IMG/VR virus record: IMGVR_UViG_3300037246_001677
Span: 32,001-96,000 of that record
From: a virus
Strand: one strand, 5' to 3'
Length of the DNA: 64,000 bases
Shown piece after piece: positions 33,296 through 42,455 of this stretch (positions within the stretch are counted from its first letter, which is position 1; each line of letters starts with the position of its first letter). The notes beneath the pieces are model-generated. The model searched no databases. It was given only the letters and a program-made list of their open reading frames with translations, and was not told where the DNA came from. A program made the translations under genes and the position numbers.

Positions 33296-34696
33296 TTGGA
33301 AAGATTGGATAGTGATTTTCTGGAGAAGTTAATCATTAAAGGTATGATGACGGATAAGAATTTTCTTGTCTTAGTCACGAGTGTTTTCGAACCTAACTAT
33401 TTCGATGATTCATCAGTCAGTCATATTTTTAAATTTTGTAGGGATTATGTAAGTGAGTATAGTGAAATCCCACAAATAGAAACAGTAATTAACTCTTTAC
33501 CAGATGAATTTGAACAAAATGATATTAAAGAAATATTTGAAGAAATTGATACAATTGATTATGATATAGCTAGGAATTATAAACACTTAGTTGACCAAAC
33601 AAATGACTATTTGAAAGAGCAAGCTGTTAAAAATGCCATAATAGAATCAGTTGATATTGTTGAAGATAAAGAAAGACGTCCGGAAATACGGCAAAAAATA
33701 GAAACTGCTTTGACTAAAGATATTAAGATTGACTTAGGTCTTGATTACTTTGGTGATCTCGGTGATAGGTTAAGGAGAATATTCACAGCATCTGATATAA
33801 AAATCCCAACCTATTATCCACAGTTTGATGAGTATATAAATGGTGGTTTTCCACCATTTACTTTGTCAGTATTGACAGCTAGGATTCATGGGTTCAAATC
33901 GAATACCATGGCCAACTTTGCGGCGAGACAAGTACTACATGGACATAATGTAGTACTTATGACTTTAGAAATGGCACAGGATGCTTTTGCGCAGAGGTTT
34001 GACTCGATATACACCGGACTTGATATAAACAGAATATATGTTTCAAATAATTATAAGAATAGATTAACAAGAAGTTTAGCTGAAGTAAAAGCACGAGAAG
34101 GAAGGGGATCATTATTAATAAAACAGTTTCCAACTGGTAACGCTTCGGTATTAGACTTCACAATTTATCTTCGTGAGTTATTGATAAGAGGCATAATGCC
34201 TTCAATAATTTATGTTGACTATATCAACCTTATGAAAACGGCTTATAAGGTTGAGAGAAATATGTATTCAGCAGTAAAGAGAATAGCCGAGGAGTTAAGA
34301 GCATTATCATTTACATTTGAAATTCCTGTTATTTCAGTAAGTCAGTTAAACAGAGAAGGATCATTTGTAGGGTTTGAAGAACTTGACTTCACTTATATTG
34401 CAGAAAGTTTGGGGCTTCCAGCCACAGCAGATTTTATGGCAATTTTAGGAACAGATGATGATGCAATGGTTTATCAAAATGAAATTCTATATAAGATAGT
34501 TAAGAACAGACTTGGCGGTAGAGTAGGTGAGGTAGATAGGCTTTACTATGACTCAAGAAGTCTTAAAATGTATGACTCAACAGAATTAGATTTATGGAAT
34601 CAAGACGCAACAACATCTGGTGATGAAAGAAATGTAGCACCAACACCTAATCACAGAGAAGAAGCAAATAGAACAAGAGGAAGGAGAAATAGATAA
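33296..34696 (+). CDS. Replicative helicase (T4 gp41/DnaB-like)
   Basis: TLEM, IKQFPT, VDYINL, SQLNR, AES.G...TAD, KNR.G; TTG start. Confidence 0.92.
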   Translation: MERLDSDFLEKLIIKGMMTDKNFLVLVTSVFEPNYFDDSSVSHIFKFCRDYVSEYSEIPQIETVINSLPDEFEQNDIKEIFEEIDTIDYDIARNYKHLVDQTNDYLKEQAVKNAIIESVDIVEDKERRPEIRQKIETALTKDIKIDLGLDYFGDLGDRLRRIFTASDIKIPTYYPQFDEYINGGFPPFTLSVLTARIHGFKSNTMANFAARQVLHGHNVVLMTLEMAQDAFAQRFDSIYTGLDINRIYVSNNYKNRLTRSLAEVKAREGRGSLLIKQFPTGNASVLDFTIYLRELLIRGIMPSIIYVDYINLMKTAYKVERNMYSAVKRIAEELRALSFTFEIPVISVSQLNREGSFVGFEELDFTYIAESLGLPATADFMAILGTDDDAMVYQNEILYKIVKNRLGGRVGEVDRLYYDSRSLKMYDSTELDLWNQDATTSGDERNVAPTPNHREEANRTRGRRNR

Positions 34697-34903
34697 ATGG
34701 ATAAAGAAATGATTACAGAAGTGATTGATGATATTGGTGATATTTTATATGAAATAGCACCAGAACTTACCGAACTAATAGAAGAAGATAACGTTAGCAA
34801 AGGGATTATTAATAGATTGGTAAAATTAAAAGAAGACGTTCAAGAAATACGTGAATGTGTTTATAAGGAGTACTATAAGGAAGATGAATTGCTCGAAACA
34901 TAA
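34697..34903 (+). CDS. Hypothetical acidic protein
   Basis: AAGGAG SD; abuts the helicase. Confidence 0.55.
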   Translation: MDKEMITEVIDDIGDILYEIAPELTELIEEDNVSKGIINRLVKLKEDVQEIRECVYKEYYKEDELLET

Positions 34904-35426
34904 ATGGAAAAGTACTAAGTATCATAGGTCATTTAATAATTATGATTTTTGTGAGTATTGTAAAATAAGAAGAGGTGATGAATTTAACACTATAAAATTC
35001 AAAAAGTTAGATGATAACGCAGTTATACCAAAATATATGACTGATGGTGCAGTAGGATTTGATATTTATTCAACTATATCACTTGTTCTTGCAGTTGGAG
35101 GAACAGGAATCGTTACAACAGGTTTAGCAGTTGAAATACCCAAAGGATCGGAACTTACGATAAGACAAAGAAGTGGTCTATCAAAATCATATCCAAACTA
35201 TATTGTTATAGGAATAGGCACAATAGATCAAGACTATCGTGGTGAAATTGAGATTCCAATAGTCAATAATAATGAAACGAACATGTTTAAAATTAATATA
35301 GGTGATAGAATAGCACAAGGAATAGTAAGCCCAATAATAAGATGTGTCATTGAAGAAGTAGATAATTTAAGTGATACTACTCGGGGCGAGAAAGGATTTG
35401 GTTCAACAGGTGGAATTACTAAGTAA
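34884..35426 (+). CDS. dut: Trimeric dUTPase
   Basis: GFD, RSGL, GTIDQDYRGE, RIAQ, RGEKGFGSTG. Confidence 0.95.
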   Translation: MNCSKHKWKSTKYHRSFNNYDFCEYCKIRRGDEFNTIKFKKLDDNAVIPKYMTDGAVGFDIYSTISLVLAVGGTGIVTTGLAVEIPKGSELTIRQRSGLSKSYPNYIVIGIGTIDQDYRGEIEIPIVNNNETNMFKINIGDRIAQGIVSPIIRCVIEEVDNLSDTTRGEKGFGSTGGITK

Positions 35427-35991
35427 TAAACAAATAAGAATGCTATTACTTCTTGATGGTATGGTAAGTAAGTGTACAGAATGTGTCCTATATAAAGGAG
35501 GCCGCGTAAAACCATACTGGACACCAATGTCCATATATGCTGCTGTGGGTGAGGCACCGGGTGCACAAGAAGTGGCACAAAATGAACCATTCGTTGGTAA
35601 AGCCGGTGAAATACTAGCCGAATCTATGGCAAAAGTTGGTTTTAGAAAAGAACAATTTTTGTTTATAAATTCAGTTAATTGTAGACCAACGGATGGTAGT
35701 AAGAATAGTAAGCCAAGTCTACTTCAAGTTGATATATGTAGAAAGTGGATGCGAAAATATATAAAAGTACTTAATCCAGAAAAAATAATTGGATTTGGAA
35801 ACTTTGCAAGAGGATCATTATCTGGTAATTATACTGGAATTATAAAATATAATGGATGGGTTGATTCTATACATCCATATAACAAAAGAGTAGTTTATAG
35901 TGTACATCCAGCTTACTGTATATATAATCAAAGTGATGGAGAGAAAAAGCTTGACTACGCAATAGAAAGGTTCAGAAATTTAGATATTTAG
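35410..35991 (+). CDS. Uracil-DNA glycosylase family 4
   Basis: CxxC, GEAPG..E....EPFVG.AG, N.V.CRP, HPA; start approximate (GTG). Confidence 0.9.
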   Translation: MELLSNKQIRMLLLLDGMVSKCTECVLYKGGRVKPYWTPMSIYAAVGEAPGAQEVAQNEPFVGKAGEILAESMAKVGFRKEQFLFINSVNCRPTDGSKNSKPSLLQVDICRKWMRKYIKVLNPEKIIGFGNFARGSLSGNYTGIIKYNGWVDSIHPYNKRVVYSVHPAYCIYNQSDGEKKLDYAIERFRNLDI

Positions 35992-36004
35992 GGAGGAAAA
36001 GAAA

Positions 36005-38596
36005 ATTTTTAAGAATACATTTTATGACACAAAAACTTCAACTATCCATTTATGGGAACAATTGGATGGCGAAGACTTATACACGAAAATAGATTGGGTT
36101 CCATATATTTTCGTTCCAGCAAGGGGCCGACCAGAAGAAGCAAACACAATTTATGGAACACCAGTAATAAAAAAAGAATTTAGAAATTATTTTGAATACT
36201 ATAAATTTCAAAAAGATCACTCAAATATATATGAGAACAAAACAAGACCAGATGTGCAGTTCTTATCTGAAAGATACTATGATATTCCAGATGATGAAAT
36301 GCCAGTACCAAATCTTTTAGTTTATTATATTGATATTGAAGTAATAGCAGAAAAGGGGTTTCCTGATGCACTGGATCCAAAAGACCAGGTAGTACTTGTT
36401 TCATTAACAAATAATAAAACTCAAAAAACAATAACATTTGGCACAAAGCACTATACAGGAAGTATGAAGGATATAATATTTGTATATTGTGAAACAGAAC
36501 GAGACTTACTTCGTAAACTCTTTACTTATATGCACAAATATCCTTGTGATGTTCTAAGTGGTTGGAATATATGGAAATTTGATTTACCATACCTTATCAA
36601 TAGGTCTAAGAAATTATTTATGGGTGATTCATTACATAACTTAATGTCACCTATCGGTATAGTCAAAACATGGAAACAACAAAACAGTGAAGAAATAAAC
36701 ATAGACATTGCTGGTGTATGTATTCTTGATTATTACAATGTATATAGATGGTATACTAGCAAAAATCTTGAAAACTACACTCTTCAATATGTATGTGAAA
36801 ATGAACTTGGTGTTGGTAAACTTGAAAATAAGTTTAATAGTTTTCAAGATTGGTATGTTAATGATTGGGATTCATTTACTGAATACAATGCAATTGACTG
36901 TATAAGAGTAGATGAGTTAGAAAATAAGTTAGGATATATTAAACTTATTCAATCACTATCATTGCTATCAAAGGCTCCAGCAAAGTACTATAATGCTATG
37001 ACTCAATTAATTGAAGGAGCATTATTAACTCACTTTAGGAGAAATAACTTATGTGCTCCACATTTAGCTGGTGGTTCACAAGAAACATTCGAAGCCGCTT
37101 ATGTAAAAGAACCAATTACCGGACTTCACGAATGGGTAATTGATATTGATATTATATCATCCTATCCATTTAAGATAATAACTTTAAACATGAGTAGTGA
37201 AACTTATTATGGTAGAATACTTGGCATAAGAGAACAAGATATTATATACTATACTAAAAATAGAGAATTTCCAAGATTTGATATGTATAAAGAAGAAAAG
37301 GGTATCGTATCATTTGACGGATTAAATTTAGAGAAGTTTAATATGGCAGTCAAAAAAGGATTGCTAGCAATTGCTCCATGTGGTTCAGTATTCACAACTT
37401 CTGAAACAGGAGTTATCGCACAAGTTGAGAAAAATGTTTTCTTGAAGAGAAAAGATGTTAAAGACAAAATGAGAGCAATGAGAGATAAGGCAGCAACATT
37501 GCCAGATGGTAAAGAAAAGGAACAACTACTTGAAAAGGCACAAGAATTATTTTCACTACAATGGGCTTTGAAAATTTGGTTAAATGCTGTATTTGGAATT
37601 TTAGCTGTTCCTTATTCCAGATATTTCAATACAAATATTGCGGAAGCAATTACTTCTTGTGGTAGACATTCAATTAAACAAGGTGAGAAATTTGTTAATG
37701 AGTACTTCAGTAATCTTAAAATTGACGGCATGCCATTGGACATGGTCGCTTATATAGATACTGACTCACTATTCGTTAGACTGGGTGAGTACTTTTCAAG
37801 AGTAGATAAAAATTGGGAATCAAAAAGCAGTGAAGAGAAAATAGAAAGCATAATTGACTTCTCAAAAAATGAGTTAGAACCACATGTCAATATGAGAATA
37901 TATGAAGAGACTCAGTTGATGGATTTTAACTCACAAGTAACTGATTTCAAAATAGAATTTAAACAAGAAATTATTGCTAGAACTGCTTTATTCATAAAGA
38001 AAAAGAAATACGCATACTGGATGGTAAATGAAGAAGGAACGCCATGTAATGAAATTTCTGTTACTGGTCTTGAAATTATTAGATCAGATAGTGCCCAGGC
38101 TGTTAGACCAAGATTAAGACATATCATGGAAATGATTATGAGACAGGAACCAGAAGATCAAATTACTGTAATGATTAAGAAGTACAAAAAGGAGTTAAGA
38201 AGTCTAACACCAGGAGAGTTAGCTGCTAATATAGGAATCAATAATATTCAGAAATATCTCGGTACTGGTAAACCAATAAAAGGTACACCATGGCATGTAA
38301 AAGGCGTTTATAATTACAGAATGTTATTGAAATTATTAGACATTGAACACAAATATGAGGACATCCATGAGGGCATAAAGTCAAAGGTTGCTTATGTTAA
38401 AAAGAACCCATTTAATGTTGAAACAATTACGTTTCAACAATGGCCGGATGAATTTGATGCATTACTTCAGTTCGATGCTGATACTATGATTGATAAGTTC
38501 TTTATTAAGAAAATTGAAACTCTTTTAAAACCAATGGTTAAAGAGTACTTAATAAGAGGAGATACAAAAGCAAAGTTAAATTTATTTTTTAATTAG
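36005..38596 (+). CDS. Family B DNA polymerase (T4 gp43-like), probable ATT start
   Basis: DIE exonuclease, FD..Y, D..SSYP, K...N..FG, YIDTDS; GGAGG SD 8 nt before in-frame ATT at 36005. Confidence 0.95.
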   Translation: MFKNTFYDTKTSTIHLWEQLDGEDLYTKIDWVPYIFVPARGRPEEANTIYGTPVIKKEFRNYFEYYKFQKDHSNIYENKTRPDVQFLSERYYDIPDDEMPVPNLLVYYIDIEVIAEKGFPDALDPKDQVVLVSLTNNKTQKTITFGTKHYTGSMKDIIFVYCETERDLLRKLFTYMHKYPCDVLSGWNIWKFDLPYLINRSKKLFMGDSLHNLMSPIGIVKTWKQQNSEEINIDIAGVCILDYYNVYRWYTSKNLENYTLQYVCENELGVGKLENKFNSFQDWYVNDWDSFTEYNAIDCIRVDELENKLGYIKLIQSLSLLSKAPAKYYNAMTQLIEGALLTHFRRNNLCAPHLAGGSQETFEAAYVKEPITGLHEWVIDIDIISSYPFKIITLNMSSETYYGRILGIREQDIIYYTKNREFPRFDMYKEEKGIVSFDGLNLEKFNMAVKKGLLAIAPCGSVFTTSETGVIAQVEKNVFLKRKDVKDKMRAMRDKAATLPDGKEKEQLLEKAQELFSLQWALKIWLNAVFGILAVPYSRYFNTNIAEAITSCGRHSIKQGEKFVNEYFSNLKIDGMPLDMVAYIDTDSLFVRLGEYFSRVDKNWESKSSEEKIESIIDFSKNELEPHVNMRIYEETQLMDFNSQVTDFKIEFKQEIIARTALFIKKKKYAYWMVNEEGTPCNEISVTGLEIIRSDSAQAVRPRLRHIMEMIMRQEPEDQITVMIKKYKKELRSLTPGELAANIGINNIQKYLGTGKPIKGTPWHVKGVYNYRMLLKLLDIEHKYEDIHEGIKSKVAYVKKNPFNVETITFQQWPDEFDALLQFDADTMIDKFFIKKIETLLKPMVKEYLIRGDTKAKLNLFFN

Positions 38597-38604
38597 GAGA
38601 AATT

Positions 38605-39201
38605 ATGAATAACGTTTTAGATTTAGTAAAGGCCGGAGAGTATATTAAGGCAATAAAATTACATAGAGAACAAACAGGATTAGGTCTCAAAGAATCAAAA
38701 AAACATATTGATGAACTAAGAATGCAGCAAAGTCTTAGCTACAATGATATTGATAAAATGAAAGACCACATACAAGGAATGTACTTTATTGATGAAAAAC
38801 AAAGGAACTTTATACTTGACTTAGTTGAAGAAGCGTATTACCTTGGTGAGGATAATGGTGACACAACAGGATACAATAGATCACTAAACGAAAATGAAGG
38901 AACGGCGGATTATGATGAAGATGATGTGTATGAGCGAGCATATGATGAAGGCTGGCAAGAAGGTCGATCAGAAGGACACGAAGATGGACAGAGAGAAGGA
39001 TACGAACAAGGCATGGAAGAAAAATCAGAACAATCATATAACGATGGAGTTGAAGATGGTAAAAATGAAGGATATGAAGATGGTAAAAATGAAGGATATG
39101 AAGAAGGATATGATATAGGTAAGTTAGAAGGATATGAAGGAGGACATCAAACGGGACTCGAACAAGGCAGAGCAGAAGAAAGATTTGAAAGGAGTGGATG
39201 A
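38605..39201 (+). CDS. L7/L12 CTD-like domain fused to acidic G-x-x-x-G repeats
   Basis: IKAIKLHREQTGLGLKESKKHID; GY.EG repeats. Confidence 0.7.
   Translation: MNNVLDLVKAGEYIKAIKLHREQTGLGLKESKKHIDELRMQQSLSYNDIDKMKDHIQGMYFIDEKQRNFILDLVEEAYYLGEDNGDTTGYNRSLNENEGTADYDEDDVYERAYDEGWQEGRSEGHEDGQREGYEQGMEEKSEQSYNDGVEDGKNEGYEDGKNEGYEEGYDIGKLEGYEGGHQTGLEQGRAEERFERSG
39052..39099 (+). repeat. 24-bp coding tandem duplication
   Basis: GAAGATGGTAAAAATGAAGGATAT x2. Confidence 0.9.
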
Positions 39202-39908
39202 TGTTATATACAACTAATTACTCATCAAAAACAATAAAAATATACAAACATGGTTATAGAATTTTCTTAATTTTATTTATAATATCTGTATCTATTATAT
39301 GGGGTGGTAATGTGTATTTTCAGGGTCCGCGCTATATTCAAAAAATTGTTAAAAATAATATGCCATATATAGAGCCAGAATCAAGAGAAGTTATTAGATA
39401 TATTGAGAAAAAAGACGCTATACCGACATGGAGACTTATACAGCATCTTAATGGAAGGCTTGATAAAGATACATCAATTATAATAGCAAATGAAATCAAT
39501 AAGGCACATGAAAAATATGGACTACCTAAGAAATTGATAATTGCTATTATGAGAAAAGAAAGTAATCTTGATCCACTTGCTAAAAGTAAAAATAAAGAAG
39601 GTAAAATTATTGCAAGAGGGTTAATGCAGATATTTGCAAAGTGGCATCCAAAGAAAATGGAAGGAATATCTTTAGAGGAGTTATATCATATTGATATAAA
39701 TGTTAATATGGGTTGTCAAATATTTAGGGAATACTACGATAAAAGCGAGGGTGACTTAACAGAAACTTTTCATAAGTACTTATCTAAAAGGGCGAGTAAA
39801 GCAGATGCTAAAAAGTATATGGATCAAATATTAAAATGGTGGGCTACGTTAGAAATGTATGAATATAACAAAAATGTAAATATTATGAAACATTCTCCGC
39901 AAATGTAA
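39198..39908 (+). CDS. Membrane-anchored lytic transglycosylase (SLT)
   Basis: N-terminal TM; KES, GLMQI, N..G motifs. Confidence 0.88.
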   Translation: MMLYTTNYSSKTIKIYKHGYRIFLILFIISVSIIWGGNVYFQGPRYIQKIVKNNMPYIEPESREVIRYIEKKDAIPTWRLIQHLNGRLDKDTSIIIANEINKAHEKYGLPKKLIIAIMRKESNLDPLAKSKNKEGKIIARGLMQIFAKWHPKKMEGISLEELYHIDINVNMGCQIFREYYDKSEGDLTETFHKYLSKRASKADAKKYMDQILKWWATLEMYEYNKNVNIMKHSPQM

Positions 39909-40440
39909 TTGCTATTTCTCTAGCATGAGCATCATTTTTTATAGTAAAGTCGGATTCATATTTTCCATTATCAAAATCAAGTTCACCAATAGTTGGTATT
40001 GCTGTAGCTTTATCTGATTTAGCGGCTGCAGCTAGAGCAGCATCAACATCTGATTGTGTATATTTTGGATAATCAACCTTCTTACCCATACTATCACCTT
40101 TTACTTCATCACCAGCTTTAAATCCATATATTGCTCTATGACTCCAACCATACCACTTACCATCAGCAGCCGATTTTCCAATACTTGCTACAGAATGATC
40201 TGGATGTGTTTTTTCACCTTTAATTTCCAACCAGGCTTGAGGTGTTACTTTATTTTTTCCAGTTGAGTACTTAGGTATGTTTTTGAAACTTCGCTCCTCT
40301 GGTGGTACTTTTGTAACCAACTGTTTTATTTTTTTAAAGTTTTTTTCTCTATTTGTTTTAGGGTTTATTTTTCTATGCTTTTCACGTTTTATCATCGGAA
40401 CAGTATAAGTTGTTTCCACAAAATCTTTAAACTTTGTCAT
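39883..40440 (-). CDS. Putative internal head protein
   Basis: MTKFKDFVE N-terminus; KWYGWSHRA. Confidence 0.65.
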   Translation of the reverse strand: MTKFKDFVETTYTVPMIKREKHRKINPKTNREKNFKKIKQLVTKVPPEERSFKNIPKYSTGKNKVTPQAWLEIKGEKTHPDHSVASIGKSAADGKWYGWSHRAIYGFKAGDEVKGDSMGKKVDYPKYTQSDVDAALAAAAKSDKATAIPTIGELDFDNGKYESDFTIKNDAHAREIAITFAENVS

Positions 40441-40544
40441 TACTTCTCTCCTCGTCTTTGCATTTATCACATATCTTTCTATAATCCCTACATATATAAA
40501 TCACAAAGGAATACTCCCCACAATTATCGCATTTAGTTCCTTTA

Positions 40545-41387
40545 TTATCCGACTTGTTGATCGAGAACATTTACTAAATCCTGTGCAAATATACTTTTCA
40601 TCGTATACTTCTGCTTCCAATCCATTCCTCTAACCTGCCCGAGTTCAATTATATATGTATCAGACCTTCTATCATAAGTAATAATAACTCTGCCGCGGAA
40701 TTTCGATCCCCTAACGTCAAATTGAATACTATCATTACTTGATACATAGTTCTTTGCTCCATAGGAATCAAGAGCCCATCTATCAATAGCGTTTATTTGT
40801 TTTAAAATTGTCTTAGCTACTTTTGACTCAGTTAACTTTTTCTTTTTCTTTTTACAACCATCAATTAGAAGGTTATCAATTCTATCTAATAAGTTCATTC
40901 TTTCACTTACCTCCAATTCCTCTGGCGGATCAACTGTCTCTTCTTTATCTTTACCTAATTGAGTATCAGCGTCACGTTCTGGTTTAAGTTGTTTTTTAAA
41001 TCTTAAATCAACTGTTTTATCTGGGACGTTTCTCATTTTCTTCCAAGCATTATTCCATACTTCTTCTGGAAATAACTTATTCATGCTCTTCAATGTTTCT
41101 GAATAGTTACCATAATCATCTTGACCAACTAGTTCTTTAAAATAATCCCATTTAAAATTCTCTTTGTCATCATAGTCCCAGATAGTACTATACTGAGTTA
41201 ACTTATTGAAATAATCCCTTCTCTCAAATCTGGGACCCATAAGTATATTTCCAGGTGGACGATCGTCGTCACCAGCAATACCAGACCCATCATCTGGATA
41301 ACTATTTCCGGCTTCGTCTCCCATTCCAGTCCAAGTAGACTCAGACAAGTACTTATCAAAATGTCCTATTATCTTATCTTGTTTCAT
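40545..41387 (-). CDS. Hypothetical (putative virion) protein
   Basis: DKYLSE motif; nested SD+ATG at 40898. Confidence 0.7.
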   Translation of the reverse strand: MKQDKIIGHFDKYLSESTWTGMGDEAGNSYPDDGSGIAGDDDRPPGNILMGPRFERRDYFNKLTQYSTIWDYDDKENFKWDYFKELVGQDDYGNYSETLKSMNKLFPEEVWNNAWKKMRNVPDKTVDLRFKKQLKPERDADTQLGKDKEETVDPPEELEVSERMNLLDRIDNLLIDGCKKKKKKLTESKVAKTILKQINAIDRWALDSYGAKNYVSSNDSIQFDVRGSKFRGRVIITYDRRSDTYIIELGQVRGMDWKQKYTMKSIFAQDLVNVLDQQVG

Positions 41388-41550
41388 TATCCTTCTTTTA
41401 TCATTTTCTCGTAAGCTTTTTCTATATTATCTTTATATATACCAGTTAATCTTTTCTTTTCTTTTACTTCATTTTCGACATCTTCACTTAAGATTTTCAA
41501 ATATGAATCATTTACGTCTTTAATATATTTTTTTGCTTTTTCGTTATACA

Positions 41551-41877
41551 TTACTTTTTCCCCTTTGGTAATTGTTTTTTAAATCTATCCTTCTTTACAT
41601 CCTTTTTCGCTTGTTTCTTAGGTTTATCTTTGCCTCTCCAGTTAGGACTTCCATAAGAAGCGTCTTTAAGTGAAGCGCAAAATCCTTGAGCTTTTTCTTT
41701 ATCAAATCCTTTTTTACCTTCCATTCGTTTTACACAAGCAGCAAAAAATCCTTTGTCTTGTGGGTCTTTGCCAATAGTCTTTCCAAATTTCTCAACTGAT
41801 GCCTGAGTCCAACCCTTTGAACCAATAGGAGCCTCATTTAAGTAATCCTCAATCATTAACTTCTCAAAGAATTTCAT
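41551..41877 (-). CDS. Putative internal head protein
   Basis: DYLNE motif; basic C-terminus. Confidence 0.6.
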   Translation of the reverse strand: MKFFEKLMIEDYLNEAPIGSKGWTQASVEKFGKTIGKDPQDKGFFAACVKRMEGKKGFDKEKAQGFCASLKDASYGSPNWRGKDKPKKQAKKDVKKDRFKKQLPKGKK

Positions 41878-42227
41878 TGTATTTTCTCCATTAACAAATC
41901 CATTTTCCTTTTTACATCACTTCTTTCTCGTTTAACATCTTGATAGTCCTGACGTAATTCTCGATCTTCTGGAAACCTTCTTAACTGTCTCCTTATTTCA
42001 AACATATCCTGTGTCAATTTATCATACATAAATTGATAAAATTTATAATTATTTTGTATTTGTTGATTTTGAATAGCACCAGCAACTTGAATTTCAACTC
42101 TTTCAATTTCCGTATCAACTTTTTTATTTGTCGCATAGTGATTTTCAAATGCCCACAAACCACCAAGTATAGTAAAAATTGCGGTAATTATACTAGCAGC
42201 AGCTATTATAATTTTTTTTAAATTCAT
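41874..42227 (-). CDS. TM + coiled-coil protein
   Basis: N-terminal TM; ATGA coupling. Confidence 0.65.
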   Translation of the reverse strand: MNLKKIIIAAASIITAIFTILGGLWAFENHYATNKKVDTEIERVEIQVAGAIQNQQIQNNYKFYQFMYDKLTQDMFEIRRQLRRFPEDRELRQDYQDVKRERSDVKRKMDLLMEKIQ

Positions 42228-42454
42228 GTTACTCTGCCATATTTTACATGTACTTTATTTATTAAATCTTGTAACTCATCTTTTGTAAGTTCTTTAGTTC
42301 TTGTAGCTTTCTCCATTTTCTTCATGAGTTTGCTCAACTCATCTTTTACCTTTGCCCCCGCTACCAACCCTCTGTATTTGAACCAACTCTTTGACTTCTG
42401 TTTTCCAAATACACTTTCGGGTATAAGTTTATCTATTCTATCTAATAATTTCAT
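42224..42454 (-). CDS. Hypothetical basic protein
   Basis: MKLLDRIDKLIPE N-terminus. Confidence 0.6.
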   Translation of the reverse strand: MKLLDRIDKLIPESVFGKQKSKSWFKYRGLVAGAKVKDELSKLMKKMEKATRTKELTKDELQDLINKVHVKYGRVT

Positions 42455-42455
42455 T

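Noticed and set aside
35989-36010. UDG-polymerase fusion by amber readthrough
   Set aside because: The polymerase is in a different frame and the UDG frame meets TAA after six more codons
30162-38596. Inteins or introns in UvsW, helicase or polymerase
   Set aside because: Lengths are normal and no splice-junction or homing endonuclease motifs were seen
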